IMG/VR virus record: IMGVR_UViG_3300044724_004089
Source: an uncultured virus (IMG/VR IMGVR_UViG_3300044724_004089)
Lineage: Duplodnaviria > Heunggongvirae > Uroviricota > Caudoviricetes
Length of the DNA stretch: 64,000 bases
Direction: 5' to 3' (one strand)
Of the stretch, positions 37,000 through 46,381 are shown one piece after another. The first letter of the stretch is position 1. Every line of letters starts with the position of its first letter. Below the pieces are notes generated by a model. That model was not told the origin of the DNA. It saw only the letters and a list, made by a program, of their open reading frames with translations, and did not search any database. The position numbers were made by a program, and so were the translations under genes.

Positions 37000-37450
37000 A
37001 TTTGATTTTAATGTTAATGAAGATATATTATTACTTGAATATGATAGAGTTAAACATAAAGCAAAAAATTATATTGACAATCGACCAGGTGGTCAAGCAG
37101 AAGATTGGAAGATGATAGTATGTAATTTTCATTATGCTAAATATTTAATAAAATATTTTATGTTAGGTGAAGTTAGACCTAGATTTTATTTTTTAAAAAA
37201 AGATACTGTTATACCTGAACATATTGATGATGGTACAAAATGTTCAATAAACTTTTTGTTAAATAGTAAAAATCCAGCACCTGTTACAATTGAAGGTGTA
37301 GAGTATTATTATAAAAATTGTTTATTAAACACACAAAAAATACATAGTGTTAAAAACGATACAGAAGATAGATTGTTATTTAAGTTATCTATATTTGATG
37401 ATGACTTTGAAACTGTGAAAGAAAAAATACAAAATGCCCTTAATAAATGA
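36983..37450 (+). CDS. 2OG-Fe(II) oxygenase-like protein
   Basis: IPEHID (HxD), CSINF, HSV.N..EDRL. Confidence 0.75.
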   Translation: MNNIFKFDFNVNEDILLLEYDRVKHKAKNYIDNRPGGQAEDWKMIVCNFHYAKYLIKYFMLGEVRPRFYFLKKDTVIPEHIDDGTKCSINFLLNSKNPAPVTIEGVEYYYKNCLLNTQKIHSVKNDTEDRLLFKLSIFDDDFETVKEKIQNALNK

Positions 37451-37943
37451 AACAAAATTAAATTTTGATTATAGACAATTAATCATAGAACATAATCAAA
37501 TAGAAATACCTAAAGATTACTCATACGACCAAAATCAAATTGCTATTACATCATTAGATGGTAAAAATGTATTAGTAGACAATAAATTTAATGAAGATTA
37601 CAAAAGAATACCTGAGATGGATTTAAATTTATTAAATGAGTGGTTTAAAGACACATACGTTGAAGAGGTTATAAACGAAGTAAATAAACACTATAATACA
37701 ACAAAATGGAGATTTATGAAGTTAACTTCAGAAAGAAGGGCATACTCATATCATAGAGATGAAACAAAACGATTACACATACCACTATTGACAAATGAAG
37801 ATTGTTTCTTTATAATAGATGAACAACTTCTTAAAATGAATCAAGTAGGAAAAGTTTATGAAATGGATACAACAAAAAAACATACAGCACTTAATCTTGG
37901 GTGGTCAGACAGAATTCATATGGTAGGTATATATTATGACTAA
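37434..37943 (+). CDS. 2OG-Fe(II) oxygenase (Asp/Asn beta-hydroxylase-like)
   Basis: YSYHRD, RLHIPL.TN, HTA.N.G..DRIHMV. Confidence 0.82.
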   Translation: MPLINETKLNFDYRQLIIEHNQIEIPKDYSYDQNQIAITSLDGKNVLVDNKFNEDYKRIPEMDLNLLNEWFKDTYVEEVINEVNKHYNTTKWRFMKLTSERRAYSYHRDETKRLHIPLLTNEDCFFIIDEQLLKMNQVGKVYEMDTTKKHTALNLGWSDRIHMVGIYYD

Positions 37944-38646
37944 ATTTGAACAGTATTGGAAAAATGATGATATGCTAAAAAACTACCCTAAAAAAGTAGC
38001 AAAAAAGTTTTATGATAAGTTTTTTAGTTTAGAAACAATAGGTATAAGAAAATATAAAAAACTCTATAATCAACCTTTAAGACCCACAAAATTAAAAATT
38101 AATTGTGTTGATTTTGTAAATGAGATACAACAATATAAAACGTGTTTTCAGAAATGGGGAAATAAAACTGACAAAGGTCAACGTTGGGGATTACCATTAG
38201 TTAATGAAACTGGTGTCATAGATGAACCTGATGATACGATACAACCACTAGATGAATTATATTTTGAAACGGGAAAGTTGTTGATGGACGTTGAGATAAC
38301 TGAAAAAACTGTTGCGTGTATGATGGAATCATTAGAACCTTTAAGAAAATTGTATCCATATATGATTAGGTCAGCAGTGTTGAAGTGGCATTGGGGTGCA
38401 GGGTTTTCTAGACATAGAGATATAGAATTACCTGCTAATCATTTAAGACTTTGGGCGACAATGTCTGATAAAATGATATTAAAAATAGATGATAAAGAGA
38501 TTAGAGATATAGAACCTGGTAGAATATATTTAATTGATGTTTCAAAGTTTCACGAAGGTATATCAAAACAAAATCATTTATATCAATTATTTTTAGGTGT
38601 TAATTTAGATGCTTATGATATGTTAGAAAAAATATGTTTCGACTAG
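37936..38646 (+). CDS. 2OG-Fe(II) oxygenase-like protein
   Basis: F.RHRD, LRLW, GRIYL.D..K.H. Confidence 0.7.
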   Translation: MTKFEQYWKNDDMLKNYPKKVAKKFYDKFFSLETIGIRKYKKLYNQPLRPTKLKINCVDFVNEIQQYKTCFQKWGNKTDKGQRWGLPLVNETGVIDEPDDTIQPLDELYFETGKLLMDVEITEKTVACMMESLEPLRKLYPYMIRSAVLKWHWGAGFSRHRDIELPANHLRLWATMSDKMILKIDDKEIRDIEPGRIYLIDVSKFHEGISKQNHLYQLFLGVNLDAYDMLEKICFD

Positions 38647-39200
38647 TTGAATTTGATGAAAGTTTAAATTTATCTGACTTTTATAAAGAATGTGATGAAA
38701 AAGGTTACACTAACAATAACTCACAAAAAAGAATATGGGATAGATTTAAAAAGTATAAAAAACATAATACTTGGATATTCTACAGAGATTTTACCCCAAT
38801 GGGTTCTGTTGTAGCACACTCATTTGATGAGTATAAAAAAGACTCATTTAGAGTATTAGTATGCACTTGTGTATTAGAAAAACATACAAAATACAATTTT
38901 ATAGGTCAAGCAAGTCAATTTAAGAAACATCAACATTTTACTGCACAGTTTTATATTCCAAAAATGATAGAATGGTGTGGTATAAATAGTAATATGTTTA
39001 TCACTACTCACCCTAGTGAAACTGGTAAAACAAGAACAGTACATAATTTTGCTATGAAAGTGTGGAGTGAAATGAATTTAGTTGAAAAAGCAGATGATAT
39101 ACATTATAGAGGTGTAAATCAGACAGTTTGGAAACTAAATGCTAAAGAATGGTTAAAACAATTAAAAGAGTATCCAATTGAATTGGATTATTTAAAATAA
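38634..39200 (+). CDS. Hypothetical protein, possible GNAT-fold acyltransferase
   Basis: GSVVAH..FRVL.CTCV core and YRG..Q.VW end; weak assignment. Confidence 0.55.
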   Translation: MFRLVEFDESLNLSDFYKECDEKGYTNNNSQKRIWDRFKKYKKHNTWIFYRDFTPMGSVVAHSFDEYKKDSFRVLVCTCVLEKHTKYNFIGQASQFKKHQHFTAQFYIPKMIEWCGINSNMFITTHPSETGKTRTVHNFAMKVWSEMNLVEKADDIHYRGVNQTVWKLNAKEWLKQLKEYPIELDYLK

Positions 39201-39210
39201 TGAGGTTATA

Positions 39211-39420
39211 ATGGAAAAAGAAAGAACATTTACTTTTGAAGATAAAACATATAAAGAAAGTGACTTAAATGATGGTATAGTTAATATTTTTTTAGTTCAA
39301 ACTGAAATGGTACAGTCTAGACTTAGACACGAAATTGAATTAGAAAAAATTAAAGTATTAAATGAATACTATGATAAAAAACTTAAAGAATTATTAAAAG
39401 ATAAGAAGAGTATAAAATAA
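39211..39420 (+). CDS. Small hypothetical protein
   Basis: GAGG SD; FEDKTYKESDL followed by a helix. Confidence 0.75.
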   Translation: MEKERTFTFEDKTYKESDLNDGIVNIFLVQTEMVQSRLRHEIELEKIKVLNEYYDKKLKELLKDKKSIK

Positions 39421-39762
39421 ATGGCGGCGATAGCAAATTTTACTATTGAACAAGGAACAACTTTTACCACTGACGTGACAGTTACAGACAATGCTGGTGA
39501 TGCCTTTGATTTATCAGGTTACACAGCATTTGGTGGATTAGCAAAAGGACATTCATCTTTTCATACAAGAACACTGTTTACAGTTACAATCACAACACCA
39601 TCAACAGGAGTTGTAACACTAGATTTGACTGCCGATCAAACTGCTAATTTAGAAGAAGGACGTTATGTTTATGATGTTGAAATTATTAGAAGTTCTGATA
39701 GCACAGTTACAAGAGTTATTGAAGGATTAATTACAGTTAGACCACGAGCATCAAGAACTTAG
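39421..39762 (+). CDS. Virion protein (BppU N-terminal-like Ig fold)
   Basis: IEQGTTF, DLSGYT, LTADQT..L..GRYVYDV, RVIEG.I.V.P. Confidence 0.8.
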   Translation: MAAIANFTIEQGTTFTTDVTVTDNAGDAFDLSGYTAFGGLAKGHSSFHTRTLFTVTITTPSTGVVTLDLTADQTANLEEGRYVYDVEIIRSSDSTVTRVIEGLITVRPRASRT

Positions 39763-39765
39763 TTG

Positions 39766-39773
39766 TATAAATA
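39766..39773 (+). promoter_or_regulatory. Late promoter TATAAATA
   Basis: Exact consensus. Confidence 0.8.
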
Positions 39774-39794
39774 GTAGAATAAGAGGGAGGTACT

Positions 39795-40046
39795 ATGAGT
39801 ACAAGACGTAGTGTTACGGCAAAAATATCTGCTGGTCAATCAGCATCAGGTATTCCAAGTAAAGTTAAAGTTACTGTACCAAGTGCATCCTCAACAAATA
39901 AATTAATTAGTTTACAAGATGTAGATGCAACTACATTGACAGACGGTGCGTTGTTACAATATGACGCAACAGAAAATAAATTCGTAACAAGAACAACGTT
40001 AGATACAACTGAAGGTGAGTTAGTATTTAATGGTGGTGCTTTTTAA
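39795..40046 (+). CDS. Small virion protein
   Basis: L..LQDVD....DGALLQYD; ends NGGAF. Confidence 0.8.
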   Translation: MSTRRSVTAKISAGQSASGIPSKVKVTVPSASSTNKLISLQDVDATTLTDGALLQYDATENKFVTRTTLDTTEGELVFNGGAF

Positions 40047-40063
40047 TAAGGGAGATTAAATAA

Positions 40064-42073
40064 ATGGCAACAATTATTCAAATTAAGAGAAGTTCAGGAA
40101 CTTCTGCTCCCTCCACACTAAAATTAGGTGAAATAGCATATACTTATGGTACCGGTACACAAGGTAACAATGGCGATAGATTATTTATTGGTGAGGGAGG
40201 TGCCGGCGGTGACGGTAATGCAAATAACGTCACAGTCATAGGTGGTCAATATTTCACAGATCAATTAGACCACGTTCAAGGAACATTAACGGCAAGTTCT
40301 GCTATATTAGTTGATAGCAATAAAGCAATTGATGAAATATTCGTAGGTAACAGTGCAACCGTTGGTGGTACAATAAAATTTAACGAAGGTACTAATAACG
40401 GCGCAAATTTTATTGGTTTAAAAGCACCGAACAGTGTGGGTTCAAGTGTAACGTTTACATTACCTGCATCTGATGGTTCTAACGGGCACGTTTTACAAAC
40501 AGATGGTTCAGGAGCATTATCATTTGCGGCGCCTTCTGCAAGTTCATTTACACTCGCCGCCGATAGTGGATCGAATGATACATTCTCAACAGGTGGTACT
40601 TTAACTTTCACAGGTGGAACTGGTATTGCTACTACTGTATCAGATGATGAAATTACCATTGCAGGTTCAGACGCATCTACATCAGCAAAAGGTATAGCAT
40701 CATTTAGTTCAGACAATTTTGCTGTATCATCAGGTGCAGTAACTATTAAAGACGGTGGTGTTGCTAATGCCGAATTAGCAGGTTCTATTGCAAACTCAAA
40801 ATTAGCAAATTCTTCAATCACATTATCAGATGGTTCTAACACTACAGCAATTGCTCTAGGTGGAACAATGACATTTGCTGGTACTAATAACGAAGTTGAG
40901 GTTTCAGAAAGTTCTGGTACACTTACAATTGGTTTACCAGATAACGTAACAATTGCTGGTAACTTAACAGTTTCAGGTACAACAACAACTTTAAGTTCGA
41001 CAAATACTGTTGTTGAAGATAAACTATTCGAATTAGGTAACGGAACAACAGGTAGTGCATCAGGTGATGCTGGTATTGTTATTGAAAGAGGTGATGATGC
41101 TAACGCATTTATTGGATATGATGAAAGTGCAGACGTATTTACAGTTGGTACTGGTTCATTTACTGGTGCATCATCAGGTAACTTATCGATAACAACTGGT
41201 GAATTAGTTGCAAACATAGATGGTAGTAATTCAACAGTTACTAATTTACCAAACAGTGCATTATCAAATTCAAGTATTACAATAGGTGATGAAAGTTCAA
41301 ATACTTTTGACATTAACTTAGGTGATGAATTAAGTATTATTGGTGGAGAAGGTGTAGATACTACAATCACAGGTAATCTTTTAACGATTGCTGGTGAAGA
41401 TGCGACAACATCTAATAAAGGTATTGCCTCATTTGCAAGTGCTGACTTTGCCGTATCATCTGGTGAAGTAACAGTTAAAGCAGGTGGTATTACAAACGCA
41501 CAATTGGCAGGTTCAATTGAAAATGCTAAACTTTCAAACTCATCTGTTAATGTTACAGATGGTACAAATGATACAGATATATCATTAGGTGGCACAATTA
41601 CATTTACTGCCGGCGAAGGTATGGATGTAACAGAGAGTTCTGGTGAAATAACTTTTGCTGGAGAAGATGCAACAACATCTAATAAAGGTATCGCATCATT
41701 CTCAAGTGACAACTTTGCTGTATCAAGTGGTGCAGTAACAATTAAAGATGGTGGTGTTGTTGCTGATGAATTAGCATCTGATGCCGTAACAACTGCAAAG
41801 ATCGCCAATAGTGCAGTAACAAACGCCAAGTTAGCAAACTCTTCAATTACAATTGGTGATGAGTCTTCTAACACCTTTGATATTTCTTTAGGTGATGAAT
41901 TCAGTATAATAGGTGGTGAAGGTATTGACACAACAATTGTCGGTAACTTATTAACAATTGCAGGTGAAGATGCTACAACAAGTAACAAAGGTATAGCATC
42001 ATTTAGTTCAGACAATTTTACAGTATCAAGTGGTGCTGTAACTGTTACGACTATTGATGGCGGTACCTTTTAA
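40064..42073 (+). CDS. Tail fibre-like protein with internal repeats
   Basis: IQIKRS...P..L..GE.AY N-terminus; four DA..S.KGIASF.S..F.VSSG.VT repeats; ends IDGGTF. Confidence 0.85.
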   Translation: MATIIQIKRSSGTSAPSTLKLGEIAYTYGTGTQGNNGDRLFIGEGGAGGDGNANNVTVIGGQYFTDQLDHVQGTLTASSAILVDSNKAIDEIFVGNSATVGGTIKFNEGTNNGANFIGLKAPNSVGSSVTFTLPASDGSNGHVLQTDGSGALSFAAPSASSFTLAADSGSNDTFSTGGTLTFTGGTGIATTVSDDEITIAGSDASTSAKGIASFSSDNFAVSSGAVTIKDGGVANAELAGSIANSKLANSSITLSDGSNTTAIALGGTMTFAGTNNEVEVSESSGTLTIGLPDNVTIAGNLTVSGTTTTLSSTNTVVEDKLFELGNGTTGSASGDAGIVIERGDDANAFIGYDESADVFTVGTGSFTGASSGNLSITTGELVANIDGSNSTVTNLPNSALSNSSITIGDESSNTFDINLGDELSIIGGEGVDTTITGNLLTIAGEDATTSNKGIASFASADFAVSSGEVTVKAGGITNAQLAGSIENAKLSNSSVNVTDGTNDTDISLGGTITFTAGEGMDVTESSGEITFAGEDATTSNKGIASFSSDNFAVSSGAVTIKDGGVVADELASDAVTTAKIANSAVTNAKLANSSITIGDESSNTFDISLGDEFSIIGGEGIDTTIVGNLLTIAGEDATTSNKGIASFSSDNFTVSSGAVTVTTIDGGTF

Positions 42074-42088
42074 TAATTAAAGGGTATT

Positions 42089-42919
42089 ATGCCTACAGTA
42101 ATTAAAATCAAGAGGGGGACATCAACCCCCTCTACAGGTGACATAACAAGTGGTGAAATTGCCATTGATACTTCTGCAAGGAAGTTATATATCAATGATA
42201 GTGGAACTGTAAAAGAAATAGGTGGTGCATCACAAGACACTGTGTCAGGTGAAATTACTTCAGGTGCATTTTCTAACTTAAATACATTTACATCTGATTA
42301 CACCGTAAATACAAGTACAACAAGAACAAGTGTTTTATTTGGTTCAGAATTTGATGTTAGCAGTAATGCTGAATTTGATGTGGGAGGTAGTGGAACTTTA
42401 GAATTAGTTTCTGCATCACCAACAAATCTTTTAAACTCTGCATTACAAAATTCATCAATAACTATTGGTGATGAATCATCTAACTCTGCTGATATTAGTT
42501 TAGGTGATGAGTTAAGTGTGATAGGTGGAGCAAACATAGATACAGCAATAAATCAAAACTTGTTTACCGTTTCTGTTCCAAAAGAATTAACAGGTCCTAT
42601 TGCTGGTGTAACACAAACAGCAAGTGTTAGTGGTTCAACTGCTTTAGATTTTGACACCTATCAAAATTTTGTGCTTACTCTAACGGGTGATCTAACTTTA
42701 GCAAACCCATCAACAGAAAGTGTAGGTCAAACTGGATTTATTATATTAATTCAAGATGGTACTGGTAACAGAAGTTTAACATTAGGTACAGATTACGAAA
42801 CCGCTGGTGGTTCTGGTTTAACGATCTCAACCGCCGCATCAGCAGTGGATTTAATACCTTATTATGTAAAAGCATCAAACTCAATTATGCTAACAGCACC
42901 TCAATTAGCATTTAGTTAA
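42089..42919 (+). CDS. Tail fibre-like protein
   Basis: IKIKRG..P....GEIAI N-terminus; C-terminal NF.LTL.G..TLANP..QDGTG.R domain. Confidence 0.8.
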   Translation: MPTVIKIKRGTSTPSTGDITSGEIAIDTSARKLYINDSGTVKEIGGASQDTVSGEITSGAFSNLNTFTSDYTVNTSTTRTSVLFGSEFDVSSNAEFDVGGSGTLELVSASPTNLLNSALQNSSITIGDESSNSADISLGDELSVIGGANIDTAINQNLFTVSVPKELTGPIAGVTQTASVSGSTALDFDTYQNFVLTLTGDLTLANPSTESVGQTGFIILIQDGTGNRSLTLGTDYETAGGSGLTISTAASAVDLIPYYVKASNSIMLTAPQLAFS

Positions 42920-42924
42920 AGTAT

Positions 42925-42932
42925 TATAAATA
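42925..42932 (+). promoter_or_regulatory. Late promoter TATAAATA
   Basis: Exact consensus. Confidence 0.8.
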
Positions 42933-42947
42933 AGATAAAGGTAAAAT

Positions 42948-43280
42948 ATGGCAAGTACATTAAAAGTAGATGAGATAACAGGTTCAGCAAGTACAACGAT
43001 ATCATTAAAAAGTGGTTCTACACTTGATACTTCAGGTGGAACACTTACTCTTGGTTCTGGTACAGTGGGTGCCACACAACTTGCAACAAACTCTATATCA
43101 ACAGTAAAAATAGAAGATAGTGCCGTAACTTCAGCAAAGATTGCCGATAACGCAATAACTGAGGCAAAAATGGCAGATGACGCAATTAGTTCAGCAGAAT
43201 TAAAAAGTTTAGTTACAATTAATATATTAGCATCAGACGGAACAACAGTAGTAAAGACAATATTTACACCAGGTTCATAA
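42948..43280 (+). CDS. Small virion protein (paralog of 28926..29123)
   Basis: MASTLKVDEI start; (A)VT.AKIAD repeats; C-terminus LVTINILASDGTTVVKTIFTPGS. Confidence 0.85.
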   Translation: MASTLKVDEITGSASTTISLKSGSTLDTSGGTLTLGSGTVGATQLATNSISTVKIEDSAVTSAKIADNAITEAKMADDAISSAELKSLVTINILASDGTTVVKTIFTPGS

Positions 43281-43290
43281 GTAGGATAAT

Positions 43291-44100
43291 ATGTCGACAC
43301 CTTCTTCAAGAGAAACACTAAAACAATATGCACTAAGAAATTTAGGTAAACCTGTAATTGAAATAAACGTAGATGATGAGCAAGTTGATGATAGAATAGA
43401 TGAGGCATTACAGTTTTATGCTCAATTTCACTATGATGCTATTCGTAGAACTTATTTAAAATACAAATATACTCAAACTGATAAAAATAGAATTATTGGT
43501 AATACAAGTGAAACAAGAACAGAAGGTAATACAGCATCTACTTCTTGGGAAGAAGATACAAATTATTTAATGGTGCCTGATAGTGTTGTATCAGTTATAA
43601 ACATTTTTCCATTTTCTGACAAAGGTAATTTAAATCTTTTTGATGTTCGTTATCAAATGAGATTAAATGACTTATATGATTTTTCATCTACCTCAATAGT
43701 AAACTATGATGTCGTACTAAGACATTTAGATTTTTTAGATCACGTTCTTGTTGGTGAAAAACCTTTGAGGTTTAATCAGCACGATAATAGATTATACATT
43801 GATATGGACTGGAAGAATGATTTACAAGTAGGTGAATATCTTGTGATAGAGTGTTACAGAAAGTTAGACCCAGAATCATACACAGACATTTACAATGACA
43901 TACATTTAAAAAGATATGTCACTGCTTTGATAAAAAGACAATGGGGTGTTAACTTATCAAAATTTAATGGTGTTACAATGGTTGGTGGTGTCACTTTAAA
44001 TGGTGGTGAAATTTATCAACAAGCAATACAAGAAATTGAAAAATTAGAAACAGACATTAGAGAAACTTATGAATTACCCTCACATATGATAATGGGGTAA
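43291..44100 (+). CDS. gp13: Neck protein gp13
   Basis: YALR.LGKPVIEINVD..Q..DRIDEALQ; KRQWG.NLSKF..GGVTLNG. Confidence 0.95.
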   Translation: MSTPSSRETLKQYALRNLGKPVIEINVDDEQVDDRIDEALQFYAQFHYDAIRRTYLKYKYTQTDKNRIIGNTSETRTEGNTASTSWEEDTNYLMVPDSVVSVINIFPFSDKGNLNLFDVRYQMRLNDLYDFSSTSIVNYDVVLRHLDFLDHVLVGEKPLRFNQHDNRLYIDMDWKNDLQVGEYLVIECYRKLDPESYTDIYNDIHLKRYVTALIKRQWGVNLSKFNGVTMVGGVTLNGGEIYQQAIQEIEKLETDIRETYELPSHMIMG

Positions 44101-44103
44101 GTT

Positions 44104-44910
44104 ATGGCAGTTAACAGATACTTCCAAGGCGGACAAGGAATTGGAAATGATAGTGAAAAACTATTATATGAAGATTTAATTATCGAAGGTTTGCAAATAT
44201 ACGGTTTCGATATTTTTTATTTGCCTAGAACAATAGTAAATCAAGACATTTTATTAGGTGAAGATATGCTATCAAAATTTGATAGTAGTCACGCCATTGA
44301 AATGTATATGGAAACAAATGAAGGTTTTCAAGGTGAGCAAGAGTTAATAAGCAAATTTGGTTTAGAAATAAGAGAAGACACAACGTTTACAGTAGCAAAA
44401 AGAAGATTTGAAAGTGCTGTAGATAATTATGCAACTTTAATTTCAGAAGGTAGACCTAATGAAGGTGATATAATATATTTTCCTTTAATGAATTCTTTCT
44501 TTGAGATACAATTTGTACAGGATCAAGAACCATTTTTTCAATTAGGTCAACTACCTGTTTATAAATTACAATGCACTAGATGGGAGTATTCATCAGAAAA
44601 ACTTGAAACTGGAGTGCCTGATATTGATGGTGCTGAAGATCAATATAGTTTAGATCAATTAGACTATCAAATAGAATTAGAAGATGGCACGATAGAAGAT
44701 TCAACTAGAGCATACTTAATACTAGAAAATGATAGTGCTGATGGTAGAGTTCAATACTTCTTAACTGAAGATTTTAATATACAAACACAATCTCAAAGTT
44801 ATGCAGATAATATTGATTTAGATACAGAGGCAGGTTTTGATACAGCAAGTGCATCAGATGATATATTAGATTTTACTGAACGTAACCCGTTCGGAGAAGT
44901 GGACTTTTGA
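44104..44910 (+). CDS. gp14: Neck protein gp14
   Basis: IYG.D..YLPR, SKFGLEIR, RPNEGD.IYFP, DFTERNPFG. Confidence 0.95.
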   Translation: MAVNRYFQGGQGIGNDSEKLLYEDLIIEGLQIYGFDIFYLPRTIVNQDILLGEDMLSKFDSSHAIEMYMETNEGFQGEQELISKFGLEIREDTTFTVAKRRFESAVDNYATLISEGRPNEGDIIYFPLMNSFFEIQFVQDQEPFFQLGQLPVYKLQCTRWEYSSEKLETGVPDIDGAEDQYSLDQLDYQIELEDGTIEDSTRAYLILENDSADGRVQYFLTEDFNIQTQSQSYADNIDLDTEAGFDTASASDDILDFTERNPFGEVDF

Positions 44911-45716
44911 TGTTAGGAAAATATTTTTATAACGAAGGTTTAAGAAAATGTACCATTGCATTTGGTGCCATTTTTAATAGTATTCAAATACAAAGAAAAA
45001 ATAGTAGTGGTGATGTTGTACAATCAATTGCTGTTCCATTAGCATATGCTCCTAAAGAAAAGTTTTTAGCAAGACTAAATCAACAACCTGATTTAGAAGA
45101 AAGAGAGTTTGCTGTAACGTTACCAAGAATGAGTTTTGAAATAAAATCACTGGCATACGATCCTGAAAGAAAATTAACAAGACTACAAAAATTTAAAACA
45201 GTAAAAAGTAACATTGATGGTAAAGTATTAAATTATAATTATACACCTGTGCCTTATACAATTTCATACGATCTAAATGTTTTTACTGCAACTGCTGAAG
45301 GTGGTCTTCAAATTATAGAACAAGTATTACCATTCTTTCAACCAGATTATACTGTAACAATTAATGTTGTTCCAGAATTAAACATAAAAAGAGATGTACC
45401 CATAATATTAAAACAAATAAATTATCAAGATTCATATGATGGTTCATTTACACAAAGAAGGGCGGTTGTTTATACTTTAAGTTTTGATGCTAAAACATAT
45501 CTCTATGGTCCAGCACAAACACAAAAAGTTATCAAAACAGTTCAATCAGACATATATACTGATACAGACACTACAAATAAAGCAAGAGAAGAAAGAATAG
45601 TTGTAGTGCCTAACCCAGAATCAGCAGACGCAGATGATGATTTTGGTTTTACAACAACAATAAGTCATTTTACTGATGGTAAGAAATATGACACAACAAG
45701 AGATGAAGATGTCTAA
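44907..45716 (+). CDS. gp15: Tail terminator / sheath stabiliser gp15
   Basis: VPLAYAPKEKF, TLPRMSFE, QIIEQVLPFFQP. Confidence 0.95.
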   Translation: MMLGKYFYNEGLRKCTIAFGAIFNSIQIQRKNSSGDVVQSIAVPLAYAPKEKFLARLNQQPDLEEREFAVTLPRMSFEIKSLAYDPERKLTRLQKFKTVKSNIDGKVLNYNYTPVPYTISYDLNVFTATAEGGLQIIEQVLPFFQPDYTVTINVVPELNIKRDVPIILKQINYQDSYDGSFTQRRAVVYTLSFDAKTYLYGPAQTQKVIKTVQSDIYTDTDTTNKAREERIVVVPNPESADADDDFGFTTTISHFTDGKKYDTTRDEDV

Positions 45717-46161
45717 ACTTGAAGATAACCTAAATGATATTTTAGGTATAGAAAATAATGAAGTTGATGTTGAAGAATTTAAAGCACCAACTATAAGAAA
45801 AGAAGACAAAGATAAAGATGATATTGATAATGATTATGTCAATAGCAGAGAAAATTATTATGACTTAATTGAAAAAGGTCAAAAAGCAATTGACGGTATT
45901 TTAGATATTGCAAAAGAAGGTCAGCACCCTAGAGCATACGAAGTAGCAGGTCAATTGATAGGTCAAGTAGCACAAGTAACAGATAAATTACAAGACTTAC
46001 AAAAGAAATTAAAAGATTTAAAAGAAGTACCACAAAAAAACACCAACATCAAAAATGCTTTGTTTGTTGGTTCAACTGCTGAATTACAAAAGATGTTAAA
46101 AGATGAAAATACTGAAGGCGAAAAACAAATTAAAGAAGTCAAAGATATTCAAGATAAGTGA
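45709..46161 (+). CDS. gp16: Terminase small subunit gp16
   Basis: DY..SRENYY, HPRAYEVAGQLI, NALFVGSTAELQKML. Confidence 0.93.
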   Translation: MSKLEDNLNDILGIENNEVDVEEFKAPTIRKEDKDKDDIDNDYVNSRENYYDLIEKGQKAIDGILDIAKEGQHPRAYEVAGQLIGQVAQVTDKLQDLQKKLKDLKEVPQKNTNIKNALFVGSTAELQKMLKDENTEGEKQIKEVKDIQDK

Positions 46162-46381
46162 ATTAACATCAGTTGATCATAATTTATTTTTAGATGATTT
46201 ATATGAAACTGGTATTCTTAATGACCCTATCGAAATAAAAATAGATAATCATTCAAGTGTTATGGGCGCACAAGGCATTTTTTATAAGAGAAAGAAATAT
46301 GTTGTGTTTAGAGGTAGCAGAAGAATAAATACTGCTAAAAAGATGGGTTATACTCACATAGAAGGAGTTATCATTGAGTGA
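46103..46381 (+). CDS. Small ParB/Srx N-terminal-like protein between the terminase genes
   Basis: L.DPI...V..GSRRI.TA..MGYTHI pattern. Confidence 0.6.
   Translation: MKILKAKNKLKKSKIFKISELTSVDHNLFLDDLYETGILNDPIEIKIDNHSSVMGAQGIFYKRKKYVVFRGSRRINTAKKMGYTHIEGVIIE

Noticed and set aside
40276..42015. 579-aa ORF on the - strand
   Set aside because: Antisense shadow of the repetitive fibre gene; low-complexity translation, no SD or promoter.
40064..42919. Diversity-generating retroelement template/variable repeats
   Set aside because: No reverse transcriptase in the window, and repeat differences look synonymous rather than adenine-specific.
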